This document shows positions 1 to 10,284 of a DNA stretch of 64,000 nt, in pieces. A program made the translations under genes and the position numbers. The stretch comes from Marsupella aquatica (lineage: Eukaryota > Plantae > Marchantiophyta): positions 12,042,830-12,106,829 of the forward strand of contig OZ316896.1 of assembly GCA_973895155.1 (NCBI GenBank), written 5' to 3'. Position 1 is the stretch's first letter. Each line of letters begins with the position of its first letter. Under the pieces are notes generated by a model. It searched no databases. It was not told where the DNA came from and saw only the letters and a list, made by a program, of their open reading frames with translations.

Positions 1-97
1 TACAAAAAGCCAAAATTAGTTTACAATATTAATTGAGAATATAATAATCTAAATAATCTTAAAATCGAAACCCCAAAATATAAATCTCAAAACTTAC

Positions 98-2808
98 CAT
101 TAAGCACTGGATCAAGTTCGTTCCCTCACTGAAGCATATAGCCCATTCCCCACATTGGACGAATTGACTAACAATACTTTCAAAGAATGGAAGTATCTTT
201 TCTGGGGAAGGTGTCGTGAACTCGCCGCTCTCTTCAAAATTGGCTATCTTCTCAATCCGATATTTGGAGACCAATTGGAACTCGAGGGCTTGTGGATCGC
301 CCATTGTGCTGAAGGCCAAGCTGTGAAAAGTGTAGGTTACAATAAGCTTCTTCTCCTTCGGCCGCTTCTGAATATAATGGCTATCGACAGCAACGTAGTG
401 TGTGTACTTCCCTAATTCCCGTTTGATTAAGTAAGACTCAACGGGAGAGGCTACAATAATAACCACATGGTGTGGTTTTGCCCCTATCTCGCTAGTAGCA
501 CGAAATAACCCCTCATAGAATGAGCAATTTGGCGGACGCAAATCTCCCATTGATGAGGAATCAAAATAAATCAAGCTCGCAAGGTTCTTGTCTTCACGTA
601 TGATAAGTACAGTCTGCAAACCCAGCATTTTGTATATCCTGCAGGGATCGCAATTTCAGCCTCTCACTGACCGGCCGCACTAGTTGGTTTGCTTGACTAT
701 CAACTGATTTCTATATTCCTTCCACCAACCTGTAGAATATCGGGTCGATCTCTTTCAACAAATTATCATTACTAATATTTACATTTAAGCACTTCTTCAA
801 ATAACCACTCAACGCATCTCTCAACTGCTTCAACACCATCTTGTCGAGCTTAAAATGATCAATCATTCCTTTGACCCGTAATTTCTGCGCTGAATCTGTC
901 AGACTTTTCAGCTCCGTCCGGGTGGATGTATCCCCGTTGAGTTTACTCAATAATAAAATCTCAAACTCAACTTTTGTCTTCTTCTTTATACAGAATTGCT
1001 CCAAACTCATGCTGGTCGTTGACAACACTGGAGCCTCAGAGGACTTCCTCGCCTTCCCAGATTTCACTTTGATGCTTCGGTTTTTGAGTATAGATAGTCT
1101 TCCGCTCAACATATATTCTGCTGCCTTTTGAAGAACCGAGTCTGAGCACCCTTGACAAGAACGGAACGTCTTCTTTGGAAGATGATAAGCACATGGATTA
1201 TCCACAATTTTGACAGCGTCCCTCTGTAAAATTTTGTTGTAAATTACAAGCTCTCCTCTCCTTGATAGTTCGTAGACCTCCATCCACTTCTTGAATGTTT
1301 CGTCCTCCATTGTAAAGAGAAACGGAGCCAATTCTCCAAATTTCATCATTTTGTTCCTCCCCATTTGAGCCCATGGGCAAACAAAACTCGTAGCTCTCAT
1401 AAATACCTGAAAAACAATGGAAACATGACAATTCTAAGACTGACGCGACCGTTTGCGTGAGAAAAATTCTAAGCTTGACGCGACCGTTTGCGTGACAAAA
1501 GTTTAACGATAATATGATCGAAGAGGGTTATTTATATACCTTCCAATTTGGATGACGATAATGTGATCCAGGCCGCCCAAATGAGTTCCAGATATTACGA
1601 CACTGTCGTACAATGGTGAGAAACTGTCCTTCTTCCATTGATGTTTGATGACAGTGGTTCAGAGCTTTCGATAATCCCATCAAATGAACATTATTGTCGT
1701 TGTTGAGCGTTGCCCAAAACATTACAGCTTCTATAGTACCGCAAGCGTCTCGTACAACTTGGCTGACTTTGTCGTCCTCTTTCAGCAATTTGTACGCCAT
1801 TATTGTGTGCTGGCCTCCGAGTATCCAAAAATGACTGGTCATAATGTCCTCCTCCTTTAGCGCCGAATCGTAGGGCGCCCCATTGTAGTCGGGATCTCTG
1901 TCGGCCTCCGACTGAACCCACTTCACAGGGACTAAAAAGCAATATTGCTTTTCGAACTTTATAGCCGAATGAGAGAGGAGTGAATTCTTTAGCCTATCTG
2001 TGTAATCCTGATTCCACTCTCGGCACTTGATGTGGTCCGGTGCAAGATGACAACGTGATGTCTCAACAAAAAATGACTTGCTGTTAAATATATTCACAAC
2101 ACTATATTCTTTGAGGAAAGAATCAAACAGAGCCCCGACATTCGCTGAGGTAATTACTTTCGGAAGATTCTCCGTCGAGTATACTTCAACCTTGGTCACT
2201 GGCGGGGCCTTTCCCAAGCAAAATCCCTAGTTGAAAGGAACTCTCTGGAACTCAAGTACGTCAATAATGTATTGACAAATCAAATCTTCCGTTGATCCCT
2301 CTAGATCGGAAGGATATCCCACACTAGTAACCTTTTCCAAGGCGTGCCTTGCACCTAGAAGATCATTGATTCTGGGCTGATTGAAGGTTACATATTGCGT
2401 TTGATCCAAACAAATGCTTATTTTGTCCTCCTGCTGGTCGTCGCTGACTAGCAAAACCAATCCCTCTGTACACTCTTTAACTTTCATGTTCTTCTCAAAG
2501 AAACACCCAAGAATTTGTGATCTCTCCAAAACTATAGCTTTGTCATTTTTTGCCACCACAAGACGGACAGCCCTATTGCGAACGACTATTCCAAAATCGG
2601 ATATCTCAGTCAATTCAAAGAGATGGATACTCTTTATCTCCGTTGTTCCCTCTCTGATTGACTTTCCTCGATATGCAAGTATGAATGTCTCCGCGGGAGT
2701 CATTTTTGTCTTGGCTTTCTTACGAGAAGCAGCTTTAGAAGTCTCTTTTCCGCTTTGAAGTTCCGGTAGGATCCATTCTGAAATAGACAAATATTGAAAG
2801 TTAAACAT
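98..2808 (-). pseudogene. Long spliced, disrupted gene: ParB/Srx-like (GGQH) domain plus C-terminal degenerate beta-class N4/N6 DNA methyltransferase-like domain; continues off the left edge
   Basis: ORFs 2227-2808 and 1528-2217 are in one frame, separated only by a TAG at 2227-2229. A phase-0 GT-AG intron at 1539-1407 joins HPNWK to VFMRATSF (ORF 711-1400). A TAG at 711-713 and a frameshift near 630 lead into ORF 59-628. A GTAAGT donor follows at 97. Motifs: 'REWNQDYTDRLKNSL...FWILGGQHTIMAY' (ParB-like) and 'ASLIYFDSSS...EKILPFFESIVSQFVQCGEWAICFSEGT' (MTase motif IV...X/I order). Confidence 0.6.
1430..1495. repeat. Two 35-bp direct repeats inside an intron, each carrying GACGC-N8-GCGTG
   Basis: aattctaag(ac/ct)tgacgcgaccgtttgcgtga occurs twice with a 35-bp period (dyads at 1442 and 1477), within the intron 1407-1539. 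Confidence 0.9.
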
Positions 2809-2851
2809 TTATTATAAAATACTAACACGCGCATGGTCGCATCGTGCCAAA

Positions 2852-3116
2852 TTATATTTTAGGAACGTTTATCCTGACCCAATCCTCTCGCTCATCTTCA
2901 TCTAACCAAAACCAAAGGTTCCTAAACGTGTCAAGTTCAGATCCTTCAAATCCACCCAGAATGTCCAGCGGCGGGAGACTTGACCCGATTTTTAATCGCA
3001 TTATCTGACAAATTCCCAAGACAGTGGAAAAACTCTTTGACTAATGGCCAAATATATTTCTCGACAATATCGTCCGGAAGACCGGGTATCAGGTCTTCAG
3101 CTTGACTCCATATCAT
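2852..3116 (-). pseudogene. Third F-box paralog, frameshifted and internally deleted (absent from the ORF track)
   Basis: Hand translation from ATG 3116 gives MIWSQAEDLIPGLPDDIVEKYIWPLVKEFF. Another frame gives GQVSRRW (F-box end). A further segment, ELDTFRNLWFWLDEDEREDWVRINVPKI*, matches the paralog tail 'EIALFTNKYINLDEEERDVL'. Confidence 0.75.
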
Positions 3117-3237
3117 GTTTCAGTTCATAACCTTTGCACGTGCAATGCGCTCCATCATCATTTGACGATGAGATTTTTGATTCATGTCAAAGGACTGCAA
3201 CATAATATGGAAAAGATTAAGAACAAAAACCTATCCA

Positions 3238-3804
3238 TTAAGAACTGGGACCACCTAATTTCTGAGAAAATCTACCAAACCTTTCAATTAGAACATCTCG
3301 TTCTTCCTCATCTAAATTGATATATTTGTTCGTAAACAATGCAATTTCGTCAGAAGTAGTAGTCCCAAGAACAGATATTTCTGGAAACATAGAAATATAC
3401 TCTCGAATAACTTGACAGACTGAGTCAAACTCCAACTTGTCAATTTTGGGTATGTCGTAAAGTGCGTCATTTGCAACATCAACAATCCGATTTGCTCGTT
3501 TGAGGATAGCCCATAACCTTGTATTTGTAACTAAAAAGTTCCACTTCTTGCTACAAGCTCCAAGCCGAATAAGGTCTCGGACCCTATCGATAACTAAATC
3601 GTTATCGGGGTGTCGATATCGACGCAATCCTTCAATTGAAATAAAGTGTTTGTAGAGTATTGGCCAAATGTTTGAAATGACCAAAACATCTGGTATTCCT
3701 CCAATGAGACTAGAGGAGGTTTCATCAAGCATATCCCATATTTTTTTCTGTTTCCTTTCATGAGATGAAAGGAAATCTCGAGCCTCATTCAAAAGTTGGC
3801 TCAT
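3238..3804 (-). CDS. Short F-box-like protein (188 aa), transposon cargo
   Basis: Intact ORF. LIGGIPDVLVISNIWP...LGACSKKWNFLV fits an F-box (LPD...V(C/S)(K/R)xW) with an insertion. CAG acceptor immediately before the ATG. Confidence 0.7.
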   Translation of the reverse strand: MSQLLNEARDFLSSHERKQKKIWDMLDETSSSLIGGIPDVLVISNIWPILYKHFISIEGLRRYRHPDNDLVIDRVRDLIRLGACSKKWNFLVTNTRLWAILKRANRIVDVANDALYDIPKIDKLEFDSVCQVIREYISMFPEISVLGTTTSDEIALFTNKYINLDEEERDVLIERFGRFSQKLGGPSS

Positions 3805-3869
3805 CCTGCTTTTATCATATCACAAAACATTGTTAGAAGACATACGACGCACTTGGTCACGTAAGTTAA

Positions 3870-4421
3870 CTAGAATTCCTTAAAAGCGTAGATGTCACCC
3901 TCAAGGTATCCAACTTCGTGGCATTTGACTGTAAATTTCCATTTTTCAAGAGGGTGAAGAGCATCGTAAGTCTTCATGAAGAGTTCCCTAAGATCTCTGG
4001 ACATTGACCCCATGAATTTAATTCTTGGGTATTTCTGGAATAAACTTTGAACTGTCGATGAGAGAGACTCATTTCCGATCGGTTTAGTAAGATTTCCTGG
4101 AAAAGCCAAATCTAATAAACTCAACTTGATTACACCCAGAAGATAGGTATTCCCAACAAGGTGGCGCCATTTGCAACACACCAAAGATAGTCCTACAAAC
4201 TCATCCAATTCCTTTATTGAGAAATTTCCTGCATTAGCCGAGGAATTAAAAGACTCCTTGATCCAAGGCCATATCAATTCCGCGACAATGAAATCTGGAA
4301 GTCCAGGTAGTAGTGTTTCAACAAATACAAAATATCCCGCCAGTAGACCATCTTGGCTTCTGTCCAAAACGTCAAATATTGGGCATAGATATTTGAAGCT
4401 CTCCAGACCAGGTTTGCCCAT
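3870..4421 (-). CDS. Short F-box-like protein (183 aa), paralog of 3238-3804
   Basis: Intact ORF. LLPGLPDFIVAELIWP...LSLVCCKWRHLV, with a C-terminal part colinear with the neighbouring paralog (FPEISVLGT vs YPRIKFMGS). Confidence 0.7.
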   Translation of the reverse strand: MGKPGLESFKYLCPIFDVLDRSQDGLLAGYFVFVETLLPGLPDFIVAELIWPWIKESFNSSANAGNFSIKELDEFVGLSLVCCKWRHLVGNTYLLGVIKLSLLDLAFPGNLTKPIGNESLSSTVQSLFQKYPRIKFMGSMSRDLRELFMKTYDALHPLEKWKFTVKCHEVGYLEGDIYAFKEF

Positions 4422-4545
4422 GACTCTTTTAAGCCAAATGATATATCCCAGGGATTATTTTCACGCGACTGGTTGCGTCTACAAATCAGAATGTATAAAC
4501 AATTCTTTGAGGGTCACAACGTGACAAATCATAAATGTTGCTTCG

Positions 4546-4810
4546 TCCTCTAACAGAACCAGTCAATGAGAGAGCTACCTCAGATGCGACTGGTCGCGTC
4601 AACTGATCCTAAATGGAACGATACCTCCTCTAACAAAACCAGTCAATGAGAGATCTACCTCAGACGTGACTAGTCGCGTCAACTGGTCCTAAAAGGAACC
4701 TTACCTCCTCTAACAGAACCAGTCAATGAGAGAGCTACCTCAGACGCGACTGGTCGCGTCAACTGATCCTAAATGGAACCTCACAATCTTTTCACGCGAC
4801 AGGTCGCGTC
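4546..4810. repeat. Three 80-bp tandem repeats, each with a GACGCGAC-NN-GTCGCGTC palindrome, plus one extra palindrome
   Basis: Palindromes at 4583, 4663 and 4743 (exact 80-bp period) and at 4793. Confidence 0.95.
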
Positions 4811-5914
4811 AACAGCTCAAAAAACTTTTGGACACTAGGATAATACAGTGATACAACTGTGATTATTGACCCGTACGGACAAGGAAATCTGAGTAAGCAT
4901 GATTTCATTCATTTGTATTCATTCATGAACTCTACAATAATTCAGATGTTTGAGCTCTGTCATTGTGAAACTATTATATATCAAAAGTTTAGAGAATGAT
5001 TCAGCTAAGATGATTCAATTTAGCAGTCTACTGGTTGTATTCGTCAATTAAAGGATTCAGTGTAATGAGATTCACATAACATGAGAGTTTATATGATTAA
5101 ATTCACAGCGTGCAGGTTTGTAATGACTTACTTAAGACGATTCAAGTTGTATTTTAATTAGTGAGTTTTATGATTCAGACATATTTGAGTTTACAGACAA
5201 ATCGCATTATGAAAACTCAGCTTAACAATCAAGAGAAATTTTAGCAAACAACAATCAACACCAGCAGAAAATGTAGAAATTGCACCTAAATTCTGAAAAA
5301 TTGATGTAATCGTCTGAGAGATTGACGTCCAAGCACTTGAAGACCTTGCTGCGGCATTCCAGAAAGTAAATATAAGATTGAAGATATTAATATGCTAAGC
5401 AACAACAACAGAGCTTCTATACTTCTATACATAGAGCTTCGCTGCTACCAATTGAATAACATGTGCTTAATGCTAAGGAACTCATTATGTCGAGTTAAAA
5501 AGACTCTTTCATAAGTACAATCAAAGTTGTCGATAGACAAACTGAGCATGAATAAAAGTGCACTAAACCTAAAGATTGAAAGAGGTGAAACAAACCTGAA
5601 TGATGAATGGAAGGAGCTGAAACAAGCTGCCAAAAAGTAGTTCGAGCTGCTGAAACATGTTGATCGAGCTGATATGAGCTTAAAATTGGCTGACATGAGC
5701 TGATACGAGCACTCCCAAAAAACTAGCTGCAACGAACCCAACGGGCTCCTAAGAATCCCTTCGAGCAAACTAGAAGTGAATACGAGCTGTAAATGCGAGC
5801 TGCAACGCGCCAACGAGCTCCTGGTCGAAACAATCGACAACTACTAAGAGCAGCAACGCGCCGACAAGCACCTGACCACAACGAACAAGCTGCAACGACA
5901 AAAATAAGATCCAG

Positions 5915-6005
5915 GGCAGGAGCGAGAGCGACAAGAGCGAGAGTGAGAGCGACGAGAGCGAGAGCAAGAGTGACGAGAGCGAGAGCGAGAGCGACGAGAG
6001 TAGGC
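5915..6005. repeat. Purine-rich GAGCGA/GACGAG low-complexity repeat between the divergent arms
   Basis: agcgagagcgacaagagcgagagtgagagcgacgagagc...; explains the spurious RAR/LAL ORFs here. Confidence 0.85.
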
Positions 6006-6310
6006 GTGCAAAAGTCTAGGGAGCGAGAAACAACAACAATGAACAGTGAACTCGAGACCGTGGGCGCCGACACTAAGGAAGGACTAATTAGGATATTGTT
6101 TTAGCATAACCCTAATAATAGCCTAGCGACAAGAAGGTTCCAGATGATCTCCGTACACTCCACCATCAACTCAACAAACTATGCAATCATGAAAAAAAGA
6201 TTATCGGATTCCTTTTGATTTGCCGTACTAAAGGAGATTTCTATTTGATTGCCAATTTGAAATTTAAACCGGTAATTATGCAACTGCGAAAGATTGTTAG
6301 TGGGGACCTC

Positions 6311-6336
6311 CGGATCCGGATCCGGATCCGGATCCG
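6311..6336. repeat. (GGATCC)4, a perfect 26-bp palindrome upstream of the transposase
   Basis: cggatccggatccggatccggatccg; related copy tcggatccagatccg at ~6458. Confidence 0.9.
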
Positions 6337-6826
6337 TATCTTCACTATATCTGCCAATTCAAATCCAAAATATGAACGAACGACAACTTTCTCACGATCG
6401 TTCCATCACGTAGTGGAGGCGAACTTCAAAATCATTCCATTTTGGTAGTGGAGACCGTCGGATCCAGATCCGTACTCCACTCTCTATCGGACAATGCAGT
6501 TCATGGACGTTTTACTGGTGCTTACTAGCATTATTGTCCTCAGTAATTACTGACTGTCCACTCATTTGTTCTGAGTGGATGTGAAATGATTGATCGTAAT
6601 CGATTGTGGTCGTTCTCATTCACTTGAAATGACTGACGGACCATGCATAGTCTGTTGCCGGTATGTGTGGTACCTCTAGGGTCACGCGACCAGTCGCGTG
6701 CAGCACAGTGCATTGACTACATTCTGCTTATTGACCGACGTGACAGGACAGTGCAGTGAAGTTGACGGACATGACAGGACTGTACGCTTATAGTGATATT
6801 CTCTGATGTGCAGGATCATAATTATT

Positions 6827-9800
6827 ATGGTGACATCGACAGTTTGGATCAGTGAAGGCGGACAAGTTATTATAGGCATACGTGAGAAACAGGTTGGAAA
6901 AGGTCGCATGATAAGTCTTGATCCTTCCAGGGTTTGTCACAATGTTCCTCTTGGGGCGGACAGAGTTCTTCTATTGGAGGAAGTTTTTGACAAGACCATT
7001 CTATGTGAAGATGACAAACTTTTGAAGGACATGATTGGGGGTTACCTTGTATGGAAAGGAATCAGCTTTTTCGAGCTCCCATGGAATCGGAGGATGTGTT
7101 TGGCACTGTTGGTGATGATCAAGATCCAGTCAATCAAAATTCTGATGGGAACAACCATAATGAGAGTTGGTCTGGTGTGGAAGTAGTTTTACCAAATGCC
7201 TTGTGGATGGGCATGCCTGTAAAGGTGGTGGATGAGAACAAGTTGATTTTTGCAGTGGCAACTATACATGTTCTAGATCCTATAGTGAAGCTTGGGGATG
7301 TCACCCTTGGGAATACACATGTGGGAATTCTGATCAACGATTTTGTCGAGGGAGCTACCATAGATCATCTGAAGCATAGAGATTGCTTAAAAGCTTGGTC
7401 GATGGACCAACTCATTGCCAAGGATGGCAACTTGTTGTCTTTCCACAACATCAGGCAAGTTGTGGGAGGGAACACATCTCCAACAAGTGGCAAGCGGTCC
7501 TACGTCCATAAAAGTAGGAAAAGAAAGAGTCAATCTTCCCAGACATCTAGAAGAGACACATCTTTGGCACGTCAAGATGTGTTGTTGATAAACACTAAGG
7601 ACTGTTGTAGTGAACATTGTTGCCAATATTTGGACCGCAACTTGGCTATGGCAATTAGGCAAAAGTGGTGGTCAAAATCTTTTGCGGAGCGCAAGGAGGA
7701 GGAAATCAAGGCTATTAAAAATACAATACACTTGGGTACTGGAGAAAGGATTCTAGCAGTGGAGGGCAAAGTATTGTGCTTGGAGGCATGGAGAATCATT
7801 CATTCAAGAGGAAAGACTCAATTTTATGCCTTGAAGAAGACTGTGATGGCTGGAATGAACATAGGTACCCATGGTAATGCTGGAAAAAGGCGTATGTCCG
7901 AGAAAGTATCTCAAGCGTTCATGTCAATGAAAGAGATTATTGAGGAGGCAGCTGATCATCATCCAGCCAAGTTGAGAACCATGGCAGATAATACAAGGAT
8001 GGTTTTGAGGGAATTGCCAACAAATCTTACTTGGGAGAATATTAGAAACAGGGTTAATGTTGTCAACCAGGAGGCTGGTCTTCCTCCAATTTCCCAACCC
8101 ACCTTGAGTCATCTACATCAGATGTATTTCAGGGAGTTCTCACGTCACAAAAAGGGCAACAACTTTTCAAAGTGTACAACTTGTAGTGAGTTGCTTCAAC
8201 GGAAAGCAAACCTTACAGGAGCTAAGGAAGAGTTAGAGGGCCTAAGGCGTGACAAGGAGGAACATCACCAAGACCATACACATCAAAGAATGTGCTATCA
8301 TACCTGGAGATATGAGTCCATCCATCGTCCAAAGGAAGTGTTATGCCTTATTCATGATAAGATGGATCATTCAAAGACAGCTCTCCCAAGAATGCCCTTC
8401 AATCCTAAGCATGTGGATGGTGCCCAAAAGTTCCCAATTACTGTCACTGGTATCCTTACTCATGGTCATGGTCCCAAGGCCATAGCCCAATATCATGTTG
8501 GAGTGTGGCCAGGTGATGTCAACATCACTATTGGGTCAATTGATTCAATACTAAGGATGTTGGAAAACCCAAATCCAATGATCAAATCACTTGTGGAGGG
8601 ACCAGACTCGACAAGTCTTTTTAAAGACCTCCTTTTTGGGAGAGCAGATATCTTGGAGGCAAGTGTCCTTAGAGCATTTGAGGATGACATTGCCTACATC
8701 TCAAGCCTAGGTACTTTACTCACAATCCTTTAATTTATTATTATTTAATAATATAAGCTCACACACACTGACACTCTACTTTGTGTAGTTGTTGCTCCTC
8801 CTAGCCAAGGTTTCATTAATAGGGTTTTAACCCTAAACCCTAAATTGGGGTTTAGGGTCTGACTAGGGTTTTATTTAAAAGCATTCTGAGATTGTTACAT
8901 TGTGATGCAGCACCTGGGGCACCAAAGTTCAGGCCCCTTCCACGAGTATTGAAGCTACAACTGGATAATTGTGCCTCAGACAACAAGAACAGATATATGA
9001 TGGCTTATTTGTCATTGTTGACGGCAAGGGAGGTGTTTGAAGAGGTTCATCTTGGTTTTATGGTGGTTGGGCATACTCATGAGGTATGTTCGGGCATTTT
9101 TCAGAGTCTATGATGCATAACCCCACATACTCATTGCCTGAGTTAATGTCCTTGTTCATGAGAGCAAGGACACCCAATGCAGTCCCACATTTTCTACAGG
9201 AGGTCCCAGATTTCAAAAACTACTTAGCTCCATTTTTGTTGAAGGGCCCTGAGGCATTGGTGGGGCATTTAAAACCCAAGCTATTTAGGTTCTATGTTCG
9301 TCATGATAGTATGCCATGCTTGCAATACAAAATGAAATCAACTGATCAGGGATGGTTACCCAAGGAAGGTATTGAAATGTGGTCATGGAAAGATGACAAA
9401 AGTCCTCACATCCCAATTGGGGTGCCCAAACGGCTACCAATGATGGAGTTGAAAATGCTTCCTGAAGTGCTGATAGGGTTGAAGAAGCATGTGTCATTCT
9501 CTGAGTTTATTCTAAAGCGAACAAAAGAGGAAGAACCAAAGCGACGTTGGACAACTCTCATCAATTATTGGAATGACATTGTAGATACTCTACAGGGTGA
9601 GCAGGTGCAATATGAACCTGAAGGTGCACACAACTTGGAATACGGGTTTTGGCCTTTATCAATATGGAGAGAGCACGTTCCACCAGAATATCGAAATGTG
9701 GCATGTGAGTTGGAGGCAACAGTGGATTATGTGGGACCAGCAAAAGATAAACCTCCTGAGAGTTTTAACCCTAGGGTTGATGTTGTGAAGGGTTGTTATG

Positions 9801-10180
9801 TGTTGGTACGGCCGGACGACTCAGACCTGGATGTTTATCCCGTCCATATGGGGTTAGTTGTTACAGATGCGGTAGAAGGACCAGTGAATGAACAAAACCT
9901 TCTTACTCATGTATGTGGCGTTGAGTGGTTTAGACCATTTATGGCAAAGAAGAAACGTGGTCAATCAGACTGGCAGCCAAGAGAGCGGTGGGCAGATTCT
10001 TGGGATAAGAAATGGGAACATGATCCAGCTCCAATATACAAGGAAGCTGAGACAATAGATGTTTCCTCTGCCTTGTGGTGTTTCAAAGCACGCAAAAGGA
10101 CCAGTGACAGGGCTGGTAGGAACTCCAAAGAATGTTGCTGCCAAGGCAAGAGACTATCTCTTGACATGCATAGCAAGTGA
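6827..10180 (+). pseudogene. DUF7869/Sola1-like DDD transposase with two N-terminal Tnp1/En-Spm-like beta domains and a C-terminal BAH/SH3-like region; inactivated
   Basis: Motifs CCSEHCC, FSKCTTC, LIHDKMDHSK, LQLDNCASDNKN, FMVVGHTHE. Predicted exons 6814-8710, 8789-8809 (21-nt micro-exon) and 8911-end, with consistent phase 1. Frameshift near 7055. A frameshifting deletion right after HTHE (~9083) removes the expected DID. 5'UTR intron 6661-6813. Confidence 0.8.
8821..8872. repeat. Plant telomere-like repeats (AAACCCT/AGGGTTT) in both orientations inside a transposase intron
   Basis: agggttttaaccctaaaccctaaattggggtttagggtctgactagggtttt. Confidence 0.75.
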
Positions 10181-10284
10181 CAAATCCTAGACAGTAATGA
10201 AGCATGTAATTTAGCATACAGTTTAAAAGGCAACTCAGAATAGTAGTAGCCAGAGAACTCAAGTTTAGACAAGTCTTATTGTCT

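Noticed and set aside
3134-3145. TTGCACGTGCAA palindrome as another copy of the element dyad
   Set aside because: Does not fit SACGC-N8-GCGTS; it is a G-box-centred 12-mer that may be chance.
4546-4810. CRISPR-like array (regularly spaced palindromic repeats)
   Set aside because: The sequences between palindromes are near-identical rather than unique spacers, there are no cas genes, and the context is eukaryotic.
5445-6104. ORFs rich in RAR/LAL/LS repeats
   Set aside because: Products of low-complexity GA-rich DNA, open in several frames on both strands.
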